Shown in pieces: positions 38,990-50,303 of a DNA stretch of 64,000 nucleotides. Below the pieces are notes generated by a model that saw nothing but the letters and a program-made list of their open reading frames with translations, ran no database searches and was not told the DNA's origin. Position numbers and translations under genes: made by a program. Positions within the stretch are counted from its first letter, which is position 1, and every line of letters begins with the position of its first letter. This stretch comes from Cyanophora paradoxa CCMP329 (taxonomy: Eukaryota > Plantae > Glaucophyta): contig QPMI01000026.1 in NCBI GenBank assembly GCA_004431415.1, positions 62,001 through 126,000 on the forward strand, written 5' to 3'.

Positions 38990-40477
38990 CCTGCAGGCGA
39001 TGCCTGTGGATGTCTCTTTGGGCTTCGACGCGGGAACTTTGCGGGAGTTCTTCTTCGCGAAGGCGCGCAGCGCTGGTTCTCCGAGTTTCGATGTGTCGCG
39101 CTCTGGGACGGCCGAGCTCCGCCTGCCGGGCGACCGCGCGATCAGCGCTACGGCGTTCATGCCTTCGATTGTGAGTTCAACCGCTTCACACGTCCCTAGT
39201 TGACACTTGCACACAGGACGTTCACATGCCTATGCACAAGGATGCCGACAGCGGGGAATGGAGGCTGCTCGTAGACGTGCCTGCTGTACAGCAGGAAGAC
39301 TACAGCATGATCTTTGAGACTGAAGCTGACTGGCTGGTCTCGGTTCGCGGCCGGCGGACTGCGCTGTTCGCCCGCTCTCCGCATTCTCCTCACGACGCGC
39401 AGCCTTCCATGGACACGACGGCGGACGGAGCGATGAACGTCCTTCCTTTTGCAGAAGTGCATCCAGCGTACGGTGCGCCGCGGCGCCGTGCGGCGAAAGG
39501 GCGAGCCGCGCGCCGCGCGTCCGGCTGCCGCTGAGCGCCCGCGCCGCGCCGCAGTGGCGCGCGTGGTGGGGAGCAAGCACCAGGGCTCGAAGGGCGTCGG
39601 CGGGCGGAGCGCGTGCACGGCGATCGCGGCGCTGGCGGCGCTGCAGGTGATGCGGGGCGACGCGCCCTACTGGGACCCGGAGGCCGTCGACAGGGTCCGC
39701 CCCGCGCCCGCCGCCGCGCCGCCCGCCGCCGCGCCGCCCGACCGGCGGCGGCAGGTGCTGCGGGAGGGGACGCTGCTGTACGAGCACTACATGGCGAGGG
39801 CGGGCGGCGCGGCGCCGGCGGGCGTCGAGCACACCGAATTCGACGCCGTCGCCGGCGCCGCGCCCGACCTCCGCCCCTCCGCGTCGCCGCCCGCGCCGAC
39901 GGCGCCCTCACGGTCCGCTCGCCGCCGCCGCCGCGCCGCCGCCCCGGCCGACGGGCGTGCAGCCGGACGGGCGGGCGTTCGAGGGGCCGGCGCGGGAGCT
40001 GTGGGAGGCGGGCCAGCGCCGGCCCGAGGGCCTCGCCGTCACGTGCGCGAGCCAGACCCTCGTCGCCCTCGCGCTGCCCGGGCCGCCCCGCCCCGAGCTC
40101 GCCCAAGCCGTCCGCGACGCGTACCGCGCCCACCCGCGCCGCTGGCGCCCCCCGCCCCTCGCCGCCCTCCCCTGCACGGTCCGCCCGCCCCCCCCGCCTC
40201 GCGCCGGGCCCCTCGCGACGGCGGCGGGGCAGCTGCTGGTGTTCGACTCGCACCGGCACACGGCGGAGCGGGGCGGGGCGCGGGACGCGGCGTGGCTCCT
40301 CTTCCCCTCCCCCGAGGCGCTGGCGGCCTACCTCGGCCTCGAGCGCTTCCCCTGCTTCCGCCCCACCGACCCCGCCGTCACCGAGTTCGAGCTCATGCTC
40401 ACGCGCCAGGTCCGCCACCCCCGCCGCCCGCTGCAGCGAGCCCACCCGCCGCCGACGCCCTCGGCGCAGTTCGCCGC
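38990..40477. repeat. Arm 2 of the inverted duplication
   Basis: Reverse complement of 28654-30141. Confidence 0.95.
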
Positions 40478-40940
40478 CTTCAGGTTCCACCTGGAGGAGA
40501 TTGCGGCAGCACTGCCCTCGCCTCCTCCCGCCGAGCGGACGCCGTCGCGGCAGACGTCCGCAGAGCGCCAGGCACGGATCGCCTCGCTGCGCAAGCAAGT
40601 GCAAGACCTGGTCCGCCGCAGCTCTGCATCCGCGCGGAAACGGAGCCCTGACCCCGGAGCAGGAGGCGGAGCGGGGCGAGCTGGAGAGGGTCCGGGCAGA
40701 GGAGGAGCGGCGGGCGGCGCAACTCGCGCGGGACGCGGAGGACCTGAGGGGCGAGCAGCGTCGCGCGGAGAACGCGTGCGTCCCCGGACCGCCGGCCCGT
40801 GTACCCCGCAGGCCTGACCCCGGGGGCGCCCTCAGGCCCTGCCCGGAGTGCGAGGCGCTGGACAAGAAGCTCGCGGGGTTTCAGGCGAGCATCGACGAGA
40901 TCACCGCGAGCAGGCTGCGGGTCCCGGCTGGGCGCACGGT
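39000..40940 (+). CDS. CBM48-like + VTD deubiquitinase, copy 2, with C-terminal coiled coil
   Basis: Same motifs as copy 1 (Cys 39614-39616, DSH 40245-40253). It continues FAAFRFHLEE..RIASLRKQVQDL/EQEAERGELERVRAEEERR../CPECEALDKKL and then runs into a C-rich tract. Both ends are uncertain. Confidence 0.72.
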
Positions 40941-41499
40941 GCGCTGCGCCCTTTTCGTCGCGCTTCGTCAGCAACGTCCCCCCCCCCCCCCCCCCCCCCC
41001 TCTCGCCGACCGTCCTTACCCCGCCGCCCGTTCTCCCCCTCCGAACCCCCCGCCCTCCCCCCTCCCCTTCCCCCCCTGCCCTCCCCCCTCCCCCTCTCCC
41101 CCCTCCCCACCGCCCTTCTCGTAACCCCCACCATCCACTTAACTCCAGCCCCCTTTTCGCCCCAGCCCCCCAGCGCCCTCCTCGCCCGCCCCCTCCCCCC
41201 AAACCCTCTCCCGCACAGCCTCCCACTTACCCACGTTCTCCCACTTACATCGACCCCCTTCCCCTCTTTTCTTTCCGCTCCCCGACCCCCTCCCCTCTCC
41301 CGAACCCCTCCCAACAACCCGCCGGCCCACCAAATCTTACATAGCCACGCGCTCCCCCTCCCTCCCCCTCCTTCCAACCCCATCCCCCTTCTTCCGGCCC
41401 CGCCGCCCCCCCTCCCCCCCCACCCCCCCCGCCGGGCCCCTTCCCCCCCCCCCCCCCCTTTCATTTTTCGCTCCCTCCTCCGCTCACGAAGTCTTGCAG

Positions 41500-42420
41500 G
41501 CGTCGTCATCGAGGGCCGATCATCGAGAGGTAACAAACTCGTTTCAGGATGTTTGTTGGACATGCACTTACCAACCTGCAGCCGCGAGCGGGGGAATCTT
41601 CATCGGAGGGTCCTTCTGTCGCCCCTGCTTCGTCTTCCGTGCACATCCCTAGCGGCTTCACTCGCCGCCTCTTGCCAACACGGACCGCCGCAGGGTCAGA
41701 GCTCGACTTTAGAGGCGGCGGCTCCTGGGGGCTTGCCAAGCTTGCCCAGAACGGGGCCTTCGGATCCTACTTCGACGGCCCTTCCGGACCCTGGCGACTG
41801 CACGGTGCTCCTCAGACATCAGACCAGAGGCTGAAACATCTCATTGGACCGCAGACCTGGCGGGTCGAAAACTGCGCCCCGCCGGACCTGCGGGGGTACA
41901 CCTACGCGTCGCCGCGGCCTGATATGGGCGCTTCGGCGCCCACAGGCCGCCCGCCTTTGCCGCGCGAGGCGGTGCGCCGTGCTCAAGTGAGCCGGCCGGT
42001 CGCTTGCAGCACCCTCACCTCGCCCGGCCGCGGCGGCGCGCAGGGCGCGTCTGCTATGGAGATAGACGACGCGCGGCAGCCGACGCAGTCCGAGGAGGGT
42101 CTCGTGCAGCTGTGCCGCGAGTGCTCTCGGGGCCAGCGCCGGACAGAGCTCCTGCAGCTCGTCGACGTGGACGCGGCCGCCCCCGGCGCCAGCACCAGCG
42201 TCAATGACGACATCCACGTCGACGAAGGCGGTCTGCGGTGGCGGTGCGCGCGGGTCCCGCTCTTCTTCTGCAAGCGGCGTCTGAGGTCTGCCGCAGGCTC
42301 GCCTGGGATAACATGCTCTACGTTTCGGAGAAGCACCCCCTGCACCTGCGTCGCGTGTTCTGCAGACTCTGCAGAACTCAAGTTGCGGAACTTCTGGTGC
42401 GAATGAACGCTTACCCCTGA
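41500..42420 (+). CDS. Unknown exons, possibly the 3' part of DUB copy 2
   Basis: Open frames with short introns, ending LAWDNMLYVSEKHPLHLRRVFCRLCRTQVAELLVRMNAYP*, with CxxC pairs. Confidence 0.35.
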
Positions 42421-43797
42421 TAGCTATAGCTCCTCAAAAAACGTTTCGACGCAGGTTGTGGGTGGCGCAAACACCATCCGCCTCTCGCACGCCGCTCTGG
42501 TCGCGGACCCGCCGCAAGACTTGCAAGAGCCCCCGGGCCCGCAGCAGCCGCCCACGCAGTCTTCGAGTGGATCCGCTGCTGAGGTGGCGCCCGTTTGTTT
42601 TTGTAGCCTCCTGTAGAACCGAGGAACTGAATCAAATCGACAGGAGCGGCGCGCTGTTGTCGCCCCGTTGGCTAGCGATGAATCCTTGCGTCCTCCACGA
42701 CCCTCGCCTGCACGTGTGAGTGCCCGGAGCGCGATTTTGAGATTGCGTTCTCAAGATTGATCGCAGGATGCGGACGTCGACATGCAAAGCGACAACGCGG
42801 AACGGGGGACTTCTGCACTGCCCCGCAAGACTCTCTTCTGCGAACGATGCCCGGAGAAGGGCCACGAGACCGCTGTCCTGCAGGAAGTGCTCCAGGAGGA
42901 CGCTGTGCCGGCCGGCCGGAGGATGTTCCGCGACCGTGAGGGAAGGCGCTGGACGTGCGCTCCGGTCCTGCGCCGCCCGCGGCCGCACTCGCGGCCTCCT
43001 TGAAAGCTGATCGTGATTTTCGCCATTAGGGAGGTCAAACCTGACCCCAAGCTGGATAGATTCATCCAATGCCCGCAATGTTATCGTGTCTGTGCCAAGG
43101 TACGAAGGCCTCGTCATTCTTACGCCGCGGCGCAGCTGACGAGTTCCTGTAGGTCGACGTGGGGCTGGGGATAATCGAGCCATGGCGGAGCGACCAAGTA
43201 GAGCTTGCACACGTTGATGAGTTCTTGCGAAGATTCTAAGATGTAGATTTTCATGATCATGATCATGATCTCATGAACGTATGCATGCACATGCACCTGC
43301 ATGCGCAGGCCTGAGACTGCGGCCGCCGGGCAGCCTGGCAGCAGCTGCAGACAGCATGCGCAGCGCTATAGCTAGCGCTAGTTGTACGTATACGTCTACA
43401 TGCATATATAGACCGCGGGCCGGGCTCGCGCGTGACGGCATGCAGCAGTACCACGGGCCCCCGGGCTCCGGATCCGGGCCCCCGGGCCGGCTTCGGAATT
43501 CGAATTCCAAGCCCGGGGGCCCTCAGGGGCCTTGCTTTCCGAAGCTTATATAATTAAGCTTATAACTATATAATTACACTGTGACACCCGTGCTCGTGCG
43601 CTGCGGCACTGCAGCTGCAGCAGGAGCCGCAGAACTCATGATCATAATCGTGATCAGTGTACATTATTATAATCAAATCACTTTTCGTGGGAGGGGGGGG
43701 GGGGGGCGGGGGGGGGGCGGGAGGGGAGGGGGAGAGGGGGGGGCGGGAGGAGATGTGAAGGGGGGGGGGGGTGGGGGGAGGGGGCGTTGGAAGAGAG

Positions 43798-43829
<32 letters not shown>

Positions 43830-43831
<2 letters not shown>

Positions 43832-45813
43832 GTTCCAGAGAGGGCCAGCCACCAAGCTGGAACGGAAAGGGGCTCAGGACCACGTAGGGTGCCCGCAGGG
43901 AAAGGTGTGGTTCGGGGCAGGGCCTGGGGCTACAGTCAGGGTCGATCGCGAGAGCGATCGCGAGGGGCGGAGCAGCGGGAGCAGCACCGCCGCAGATCCA
44001 GCAGAGCTGGTACCCGCATTGGCAGGTGATGCAGTTACAGCCGCCGTTCTTCGTCACGCCGTGCCCGCAGCGGCCACAGACCTGCAGAAAAAAAGTCACG
44101 ACACAGAGAGAAGGGTTAACGGTTATCGCACCCTGCAGCTCTGACGAATCAAGGCCGCGGTTCTGCAGCGACGAGCTGGAATCAAAGAGCAGCTTTGACG
44201 GCGAACTTCGCAGAGTACAAAGGGGGCGCACGCGTCCTCGCCCTCCTTGCCGTTCTCGCGCTTCCACCGTTGGAACTGCTCGCAGTTCATGTCTGCGTGC
44301 CACTGCGGCGGCCGCTAAGCGCCAAGGCCGCTAGCCTCGCCAGCTCGGATCGGAGCAGCAGGCACCTGGCATTGGCATTGCTGGCACCAGGCGTAGCCGC
44401 ACTCGGGGAACGGGCAATGGATCATGGCGATGTTGGGGTCGATCTGCAGCATGCGGGTCAGGGGGGGTGTACACGACTCGCTTCGCTGGGCTCTTTCTTT
44501 CCACTCGCCTCGCAGAAGCCCTTGCACCCGGGGCGGCGGCACTGCCTGCGCGGGACTCGGCACCGCGCGGGAAAGGGGCGGGGGAGGTGGCGAAAGGGGG
44601 AGGGGGGGTACCAGGCGCGCTCCCCGACCAGCTCTCTGAACTTGTCGATGTTGATAGCGTGGACCGCCTCGGCCATTTCGCCCCCCGTCGCGTTCTGCGG
44701 GCGCGCGCGCGTGAGAGCGCGCAGGAGGAGGAGAGCGGCCGCGGGCTCGGCACCTCGAGATCGACCGTGCTCCAGCGGCCGGGGCAGCCGTCGGTGGAGG
44801 GGCACTGCGAGAGGGGAAGTCAGCGAGGCTCGACGGGCGTGGACAGGAGAAGGGGGGCGGAGGCGGGCGGAGCAGTGGAGGGGGGGGGGGGGGGGAGGTT
44901 CGGGAAAATGGCCCTATAGCTAGCCCCAAGCGCTCTGCACCTTCGGCTCGAGATGCCGCGCGCCTATTTCTGCCTTCGCGTATCTTTCGGCGCACTTCCA
45001 GTGGAACTGGTGGGCGCAGCAGCCCGCCTGCGGCGGCAGTGAGCGGCTGCGGGGAGAGAGGTCAGGCGCGCTCGCCTGGAACATCAGGTCCTCGGCGACG
45101 CGATCTGTACACATGGAACACTCCTGCACTTCGAACTGCTCCGCTGCGCCCGGGCATTGGGCATCGCTGCGCTACTGCGCCCAGGCGGCGAACCGCAGAT
45201 CCGGTCCGCCTCCACTTGTCGTTCGCGCTCCCGCTCGAGCCGCTGCGCCTCGCGGGCCGCCTGCTGCCGGGCCGCCTCCTCCTGCTCCGCCCGCCGCTGC
45301 GCCTCCCACGCCGCCTGCTGCCGGGCCGCCTCGTCGCGCTCCCGCGCCATCCGCTGCTCTTCTTGGTGGCGCCGGAGCGCTTCCTCCTGGCGCTGCTGGA
45401 TAAGCAGCCGCCGCTGCTCTTCGACCGCACGCTGATCTGCGCCTAGGCGATCAAAGGGCCGCGGTGTGCCCTGATCATGGGCCGCCCTCCGCCCGCCCAG
45501 CGCGCACCCCGCTGATCGCGCTGGGCGCGCTTGTGCTCCAGATCGATGCGGAGCTTTTCGATGCGCTCCTTTTCCTCCTGAACTCGCCGCCGCAGTCTGA
45601 AGAGCTCGCGAGTCGCGGGGTCGTCTGGGCGCCAGCGCAGCAGGTTCTCGCTGACGCCCAGCTCGAACACCATCTGAAGGTCCTCCAGCTGTCGCAGATT
45701 AAGCAAGTCCACTACAGCTGGAGGTTGGTTCTGCGGGCGCTCACCTGCCGCTCTTCAATGAGGGCCTTCAGGCGCTTCTCGTGTACAGAAGCATCTGGTG
45801 CGGCGTAGGACAT
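43830..45813 (-). CDS. RBR E3 ubiquitin ligase 2 with N-terminal coiled coil
   Basis: RING1: ECSMC..CAHQFHWKC..CPSTDGC. IBR: CRRPGC..HCPFPECGYAWCQQC..WHADMNC. RING2: CGRC..NGGCNCITCQCGYQLCWIC. The 3' end is lost in a poly-G tract, and extra 5' exons at ~46.0-46.3 kb are possible. Confidence 0.85.
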
Positions 45814-47298
45814 TACTGACAGGCAGATGCGGAACTGCCGATCCTGGCCGGGGCCGGGCTGCCTCGAAGTCCGGAGTGACTGTACCCCCAAAGTGAAGTC
45901 CGTGACTGTCCGTCGTAGTCCGAAGCGCCGAGGCGGCAAGGAGGCTCCCTTCCCCACTTCGAGAACGTGAGGCAGCGCGATCTCTCGCGATTTCTCACAT
46001 CAAGATCTGCTGGACAGCTTTCGAAGCGACTGCTACCGGTACTTGACAGTTCCCACAGTTCGCGGTGCTTGACCCACTTTTTCGCCAAGAGATGCTCATC
46101 TATCGGCTGACTGTGTGCGCGCGCCCACAGCCTTCAGCTGGGAACTCGCCCCGCTTGCTCTCCTTTCCCGCGGTCCGATCGCTTGCAGTCGCGCTTCGAC
46201 GATCATAGAGTCACGTTTCCTTGCTTCATGGATCTTGGAAAGGGGCGCTTGCCGCGATGCGACAGCCGGCACCGTCGCGCGGCTCGCTCGACCGACTGGC
46301 GCGGCGGGGGCGCCCGTCGGGCGCCGGCGGGGTTGGTGAAGTCTTTGGCAGTGCATTGATGCGTAATTCGGCAGGCTGGCACGACCTCGGCCGACCGACC
46401 CCCGCCCCGCGGCTCGCGTACCCCTCCCCGGACCCCGCCGACCCCACAGCTGGATTCCCCGGGGTCGAAAACCCCTGAATCAAGTTCAACGGGTCCGTGG
46501 GGCGAAGGTCGGTTCCTCCCCACAGCCCCCACCCCCCTTTCCCCCCCCCCCCCCCCCCCCCCTCCGCGCCGTTCTCTTTTTCCGGAGCTGCCTCGGCAAG
46601 GTGGTATCATGGGGAGGGGTGCGGTGGCGGCGCTGCGTTGCCATACGGCGCTAACTGCCTACTTGTCAATCAGGGAGGAGGGAAGACAGGATAGGATCCT
46701 TGTGCTGGGAGCTCGCGACGTTGACATGGCGGGCCCCCCAGCAGCGAGCTGCCTCGCTCGGGTGTGTGGCCCTTTTTCGGGTGTGGCCCAATGTCGTCGA
46801 GTCCTGCCGCCCCGCCCTTCAGGTTCCCGGCGCGTGAGCGACGGGAAGGCCCGCGTTCTTCTGCGCAGGGCCCGCCCCGCCTCAGCTACCTGCGGCGAGC
46901 GCTGCTCGGCCCGCCCGCGCCCGGCATCGCGTCGTCGCGATTGAATGTCGGTCCGCGAACCCCACTGGCCACCCTCGCCTGTACCCTGACACGAAAACAG
47001 GTTCGGAGGGGCCTGCAAGGGGCTCCGCGATCGCGAGCTGGTCCGCCCCGAGTCCGCCGCCGCGTGCCGGCCGGCCGACCGACTGATATCGATCATGAGC
47101 CGATTTGGCCCCGGCCCGCATCTGTACGGTCACAGACTGTACCCTTGAGCTTGTCAATATATTAATTGCAATTGGTTCATGCACAGTACATCATGAGCTT
47201 TCATAAACCATTAAACCATTCATCTCTCTGATACCAACTTATACTTAGACCTACATCCAAAAAAAGTGCTATGTGCTTGAAAATTCGGGAATTCGGGA

Positions 47299-49826
47299 TC
47301 AATTCTGATGGAACGTGTTACCGTTCACAACGCAGGCGCTGCCTGGCAGAACATTGACGCCGCCGCAGCTTGCATACAACGGGTTCGAGATGCGTTCGAG
47401 CATGTTCTCCTTCACAGTTCCCTTGCCTTGCTCTGCCACGCAGATCCCAAACCGCTGGTCGTGGATCCTGCGGGGAGCCGGCGCGGGGCTGACGTTAATG
47501 TTAGAGGAAGAGGCATGAAAGGGCCGCCAGGCACCGGTTGCCTTGTATGACGGGGTCCGCGCCGCCAACAGTGAGGAAGCCCAGCCCCACGTTGCCGTAA
47601 ATATCGTTGCCCTCCGCCATGCCACACGCCTGCCGTTCGAAGCGGAAGGCCACCCCGCCGCAGTCGTGTACTACGTTCCCTGCGCCGCGCAAATTGTCCG
47701 AGGTTGGTAACCGACGCAAAATGTCCTTATACACGGAGCAGAGCTGAAAGCCAATCACGCACGGCGCAGCGTCGGGGCTGTCCCCTCATCGCGGACGTAG
47801 ATGCCGATCGCCGAGCTGGAGACGTCGCAGTCCTCCACCACCGCCCGGCTTCTGGCGTGGATTTCTACAGCACACTTGTCCCCAATGCTACGGATCGTGA
47901 TGCCGCTCACGCTCGGCATTGCGGAGCCCGCGAAGGACAGAGTAGTTCCACGGCCCCATTCAAGGACGGCATCCCGCGACCCGACGATGCGCACATCCTT
48001 GGTGAGCAAAACCTGCTCCCGGTGCCTGCACCGAGCACAGGCGTTAGGAAGCGAGAACCAGACTATATCGCACAAGAGGCACGCACAAGCCCGGCGCGAG
48101 TCGGATCGTCTGACCTATGGCGGCAAGCCTCACAGCATTCATGATGCTCTCGCCTCGTTGCACCTGAACCTCCACAGCACTGTCTGCAGCTGTCTGCTTG
48201 CACCGCCACTAAGAATGGCCCAGCGATTATGCAGCATGTGGATTGACGCACGTCGGAGCTCGCGGCCACCTCTGCACAGAGCCGCATCGCTTCGAGTTGC
48301 GACGACAGGTCCTCCGCTTGCTGCTCCAGCGTGCCTGAGCCCGCGAACGCTCAGCAAATTGTGGCCGTCCCGGGCGCGTGGGCCGCACCCTTCTCGCGCG
48401 CGAACCGCGCCACGAGGTCGTCTCTCTCCTGGGAAAGGTCAGCATTCTTCTGAGCGAGGTCTGCCTTCTCTCCAGCAAGTTCGTCCTTCTCTCGTTGGGC
48501 CGCCGCCAGCTGCGTCTCGGCCGCCTCTGCATGGAGCCACATCACTTCGAGTTGCGACGACAGGTCCTCCGCTTGCTGCTCCAGCGTGCCTGAGCCCGCG
48601 AACGCTCAGCCAATTGTGGCCGTCCCGGGCGCGTGGGCCGCACCCTTCTCGCGCGCGAACCGCGCCACGAGGTCGTCTCTCTCCTGGGAAAGGTCAGCAT
48701 TCTTCTGAGCGAGGTCTGCCTTCTCTCCAGCAAGTTCGTCCTTCTCTCGTTGGGCCGCCGCCAGCCGCGTCTCGGCCGCCTCTGCACGGAGCCGCATCGC
48801 TTCGAGTTGCGACGACAGGTCCTCCGCTTGCTGCTCCAGCGTGCCTGAGCCCGCGAACGCTCAGCAAATTGTGGCCGTCCCGGGCGCGTGGGCCGCACCC
48901 TTCTCGCGCGCGAACCGCGCCACGAGGTCGTCTCTCTCCTGGGAAAGGTCAGCATTCTTCTGAGCGAGGTCTGCCTTCTCTCCAGCAAGTTCGTCCTTCT
49001 CTAGGGCAAGTCGCGCGAAGAGATCCCGCAGGCAGAGCCCTGTCCAAGGTCACGCGATCCGCGCGGTGGGCTCGGGGCAGAGAGCCGGGAAGTGCAGTAC
49101 CGAGGTGCGCCTCTCGATCCAAAATGGAGAGTTGTGCAGTGCAGCCGACATCAGCGTTGAGGCACGGTCGCTGGCACACTGCCTCGTGCGCCTGCACAGG
49201 ACGGGCCGGGGTGGGTCGAGGGAAGAGGCGCAGGGAGAGGCGAGAGCGCGCACCTCCAGCTCGACGATGCATACACGCGCCCCGCAGCAGCGGCAAACGC
49301 CCCACCCCTCCGGGCAGCGCTCCACGTGGGCCGCGAAGGTGCCCACATTGCCCCGCCACTTGCAGCCGCGCTCCAGGAACCGGCAGCTGCATTCGCGGCA
49401 TCAGAACGAGAGCGATCTGCTTGTAAATCTGCCCGAAAGACACGCACTGCACTCTCAGATCGCTGATTTGGCGGCTGACGAACGGCGCGGGCCGGAAGCG
49501 CTCGCGGTCAACGACCTCACGGTCGACGGGGCACCAAAGGCTCTCCTTCATGTACTCGTACTGAAAAGGGTAGCCCTTGCCTTCTGCCATCCTCTCCGCA
49601 CACGCCCGGCAGAGTGCGTGGTCGTTCGAACACCCAAGCAGCGTCTGAGCACGCGCAGCAATTGCAACGTCGAAACCAGCGAGCATGGCGGCCCAGGCCA
49701 ACAAGGGCGCACCGGCTCACGCATGACGAGTAAACAAATGGAGCATACGAGCTCGAGCCCGCTCGCCTTCGCCTCCTCGCCAGGCTCGAAGAACTCCGAT
49801 GGCCACCCGCCCTGCCCGATGGCCAT
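47299..49826 (-). CDS. RING + TRAF-type zinc fingers + repeated coiled coil + right-handed beta-helix (PbH1, FBXO11-like) protein
   Basis: RING: CSICLLVMREP..CSNDHALCRAC..CPVDR. TRAF-type fingers: LRVQC..GCKWRG..HVERCP, HEAVC and CLNADVGC..REAHL. Beta-helix: REQVLLTKDVRIVG, VVEDCDVSS, GNVVHDC..GNDIYGN..PVIQGNRIHD. Confidence 0.8.
48262..49002. repeat. Tandem 255-bp exon+intron repeat, ~2.9 copies
   Basis: TTCGAGTTGC occurs at 48291, 48546 and 48801. Each unit is a 201-nt exon (67 aa) plus a 54-nt GT-AG intron. Confidence 0.93.
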
Positions 49827-50303
49827 GGCGTTGCAGTTGCAATTGATATGAGCAGCCATTCCGACGGTCAAGCCCGGGCGGCTGAAGGCGACATGCAGCT
49901 GTCAAAATCGCTCAGGCCTAAGCAGCGCGGCAGATCTAGACAGCTGCAGGGATACCTGCAATCCGGCGCCCTCCTCTGGTCCGGCCTCCCCGGAGCGCGT
50001 TGGCCAGCAGCTCTAGATCTGTTCTCAGATCTAGAGTCTCTGGTTCGGCGCTGGAGCGCTCTATACCCCGCCTGCGTCGACGTCGGCCCCCCCCCCCCCC
50101 CCCCCCTCCCCCCCCCGCCCCATATGCGCATGCATGGCCAAATATGCTAAGACGCTATATATTTTGCTGAATTTGAATCAACTCATCAGTGACTCATACG
50201 GTACCGGTCATGGTACCGTATCTAAGCCTGCTTCAACCCCAGCCGGAAGATGATCGATTCTAGCTGCACTAGAATACTGATCCTGCGGCTGTGCTGCAGC
50301 TGC

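Noticed and set aside
40975-41470. Long poly-C/poly-G tracts (also ~31385, 35020-35170, 43690-43830, 46540, 50090) as G-quadruplex or recombination signals
   Set aside because: They are irregular, interrupt gene models and resemble low-quality consensus. No function can be supported without reads.
42420-43260. Minus-strand exons between DUB copy 2 and RBR2
   Set aside because: It may be coding, but no reliable spliced model or domain could be derived.
47801-49426. 541-aa plus-strand ORF and many other long ORFs in the track
   Set aside because: They are antisense shadows of intron-containing genes on the other strand in high-GC DNA.
28428-49826. The island as an endogenous virus, Polinton or Helitron because VTD DUBs occur in those elements
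   Set aside because: No capsid, polymerase, integrase or Rep-helicase motifs were seen, and the genes have host-type short introns.
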